A stretch of 64,000 nt of DNA from Balanoglossus misakiensis (Eukaryota; Animalia; Hemichordata), in NCBI GenBank assembly GCA_040954595.2, contig CM082592.2:1178001-1242000 (forward strand). The letters are read 5' to 3'. The notes under the pieces were generated by a model. The model did not search any database and had not been told where the DNA came from. It saw only the letters and a program-made list of their open reading frames with translations. The translations under genes and the position numbers were made by a program. The stretch's first letter is position 1; every line of letters starts with the position of its first letter. Below, in pieces: positions 62,225 to 64,000 of this stretch.

Positions 62225-64000
62225 TTTTTTTTTTTTTTTTATTAAATCAGAGAAAAAAAAAGAGATACAAATCAAGGGAAGTCAAAAACACAAAAACAAT
62301 AGGAAGGTGAGGGCAAAGGGCAAAAACAAATAAAAAACAAGAACACAATTGTCATAATCGACAATCTGAAGACATCACAGTGGCAGGATTACTTTCCATT
62401 TGTCGTGAAAAAGATTGATTATTCCATTTTTCTTTGCAATATTTTTTTCTGAGATTACAATACTTTTAACTTTTTCAATGAAGACAGCAAGAGACGGTTT
62501 TTCATTTAAGAAACGAATTGCATATAAATGGTACTTGGCTATAATTAATAAATGGTTTAATAGTGAGTTTCTGTTTTGAGGAAGGACACCAAAAAGGACA
62601 TCTCGACAAGATAGTGTGATTATTTGATTTGTTTTTAACTGGTAGAATTTTTGAAAGGTGGCCCAAAATTTTCTGGCTTCGCTACATTCCCAAAATAAAT
62701 GCTCTATAGTTTCTTGTAAATTACAGTGTTGACAGCTATCACTGTCTTTTATTTTATTATTCATTAGAAAAAGGTTTGTAGCTAGTATGCGGTGATTAAT
62801 TTTAAATTGAAAAACTCGCAATTTCACCTCTTTTGTGGTTTCATATGGCAATTTCCATATTTTTGTCCAGTTTACGTTTCGCGCATAATTCATTTTAGAG
62901 TACTTTTTTTTCTGAAGTGGGTGGGAGAAACTTTTTTTGCTTAAACATCTCGTAGAATTCCTTTGTGGTGCCTGTTCGAATTGGGTTTTTTTCAAGGTAT
63001 TCTTGCGTATTTTCATCAGTTGCTGGAATAAAACTGCCATTTCTCAATAATTCTTTCCATTTTCTTGGTATTGAGGAGATAACACCACTATATGTTATAC
63101 AATCTACATTGACATTAAACTTTTCCTTAAACTCCTGCCAGGGGAGTGGAGCACCAGTAACATCAAAGAAATCGCTTATGTACTTAATACCCTGTTGGAA
63201 CAATTTTTTATAGAATATGCCATTTTTTATAGAATATGGTGTTCCCATCGACAGTAACATATTTGTTATTCCATATGAATTGTGACGCGACCTCCTGGGC
63301 TGTATGAATTTCCACGTTTTTCAGTTCCGAAAGATATGTCAAAATATTCGAGTAAAACATAGGGATTTTAAAGGGAATGCGTTTAACGTCATAATTACTG
63401 TTTAATAGAAATCTGAGGCCCCCAGTCTTTGAAAATATAAATTTGGGATAAGCTTCCATGGGGAATCATTTTCTAAAAGTTGCTTCAAATAAGACAATTT
63501 AAGTGCCTTATTCATTTCCAAAACGTCAATCATTTTAAGCCCCCTTTATCTAAATCCCCCATAATTGTAACATTTTTAATATGAGTTTTTTTATTTTTCC
63601 ACAGAAATTTAAAAAGTATTGAGTTTGCTTCTTTTACAAAACTTTCAGGAACAGAAATTGCTTTCATAACGTATACTAATTTTGAAATTCCAAAGCATTT
63701 TGAAAGAAGTACTCTCCCCTCTATTGTCAGATTTCTACCTTTCCATATGTCTAATTTATCTCTAAGTTTTCTTAAAATATTCCAGCAATTAAGTTTCTCA
63801 TTTTGAACTGTGTCGTGGCCAATGTGCACTCCGAGCAATGTTATTGGTGATTTAGTATCGGATAAAATTGGCGGAAGATCACCGAAGTATTTCCACAGAC
63901 GTTTCGTTGGTCCTACTAAAAGTAATTCTGTTTTATTGTAATTTATTTCTAACCCTGAACAATTCGTAAATTCCTTTAACATTTAAATGCTTGTATTAAT
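62225..64000 (-). mobile_element. 3' part of a Tx1/L1-type non-LTR retrotransposon with 3' UTR and poly(A)
   Basis: T16 at 62225-62240 overlapping a minus-strand AATAAA; ~135 bp T-rich 3' UTR; ORF2 remnants upstream. Confidence 0.9.
62375..63982 (-). pseudogene. Frameshifted LINE ORF2 C-terminal region (end of RT, thumb, zf-RVT-like zinc finger)
   Basis: SGLEINYNKTELL, ITLLGV, WKGRNLTIEGRVLLSK, FLWK..GGL, QFIWNNK, FQFKINHRILATN, CQHC..ETIEHLFWEC. Split over four or more ORF pieces. Confidence 0.9.

Overview
Gene-poor, repeat-saturated eukaryotic DNA, probably from a marine invertebrate (inference). No intact host gene, rRNA, tRNA or CRISPR array is visible. Bases 1-45384 look like a ~1.1-1.9 kb satellite but parse as a recursively self-nested cluster of one non-autonomous element family with DINE-1/HINE-like architecture (CryptonV/LRS-like is the alternative). 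On the + strand each copy reads AA-[head TTAAAGCTGC/TATAGCTGC..GGGCCCAAGC]-[modular body]-[(GAAA)n or (GAA)n tract]-[~53 bp hairpin cap ..TAGGGCCCAAGC-loop-GCTTGGGCCCT]-AA. New copies sit at an AA in the tract of older copies, so bodies pile up in tandem and caps pile up in stacks. By manual count there are 29 heads and 37 caps. They behave like balanced parentheses: cap number and subtype match the open bodies in last-in-first-out order, and 8 caps are left for copies that start upstream. The nest sits inside a second ~1.5-1.9 kb tandem repeat (45385-53742). Other features: two TIR elements with TSDs checked against empty sites in the window, two foldback-like elements, a Crypton-type recombinase N-terminal fragment next to two long palindromes, a Harbinger DDE transposase fragment, and the frameshifted 3' end of a Tx1/L1-type LINE. 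Counts and coordinates were read by eye.
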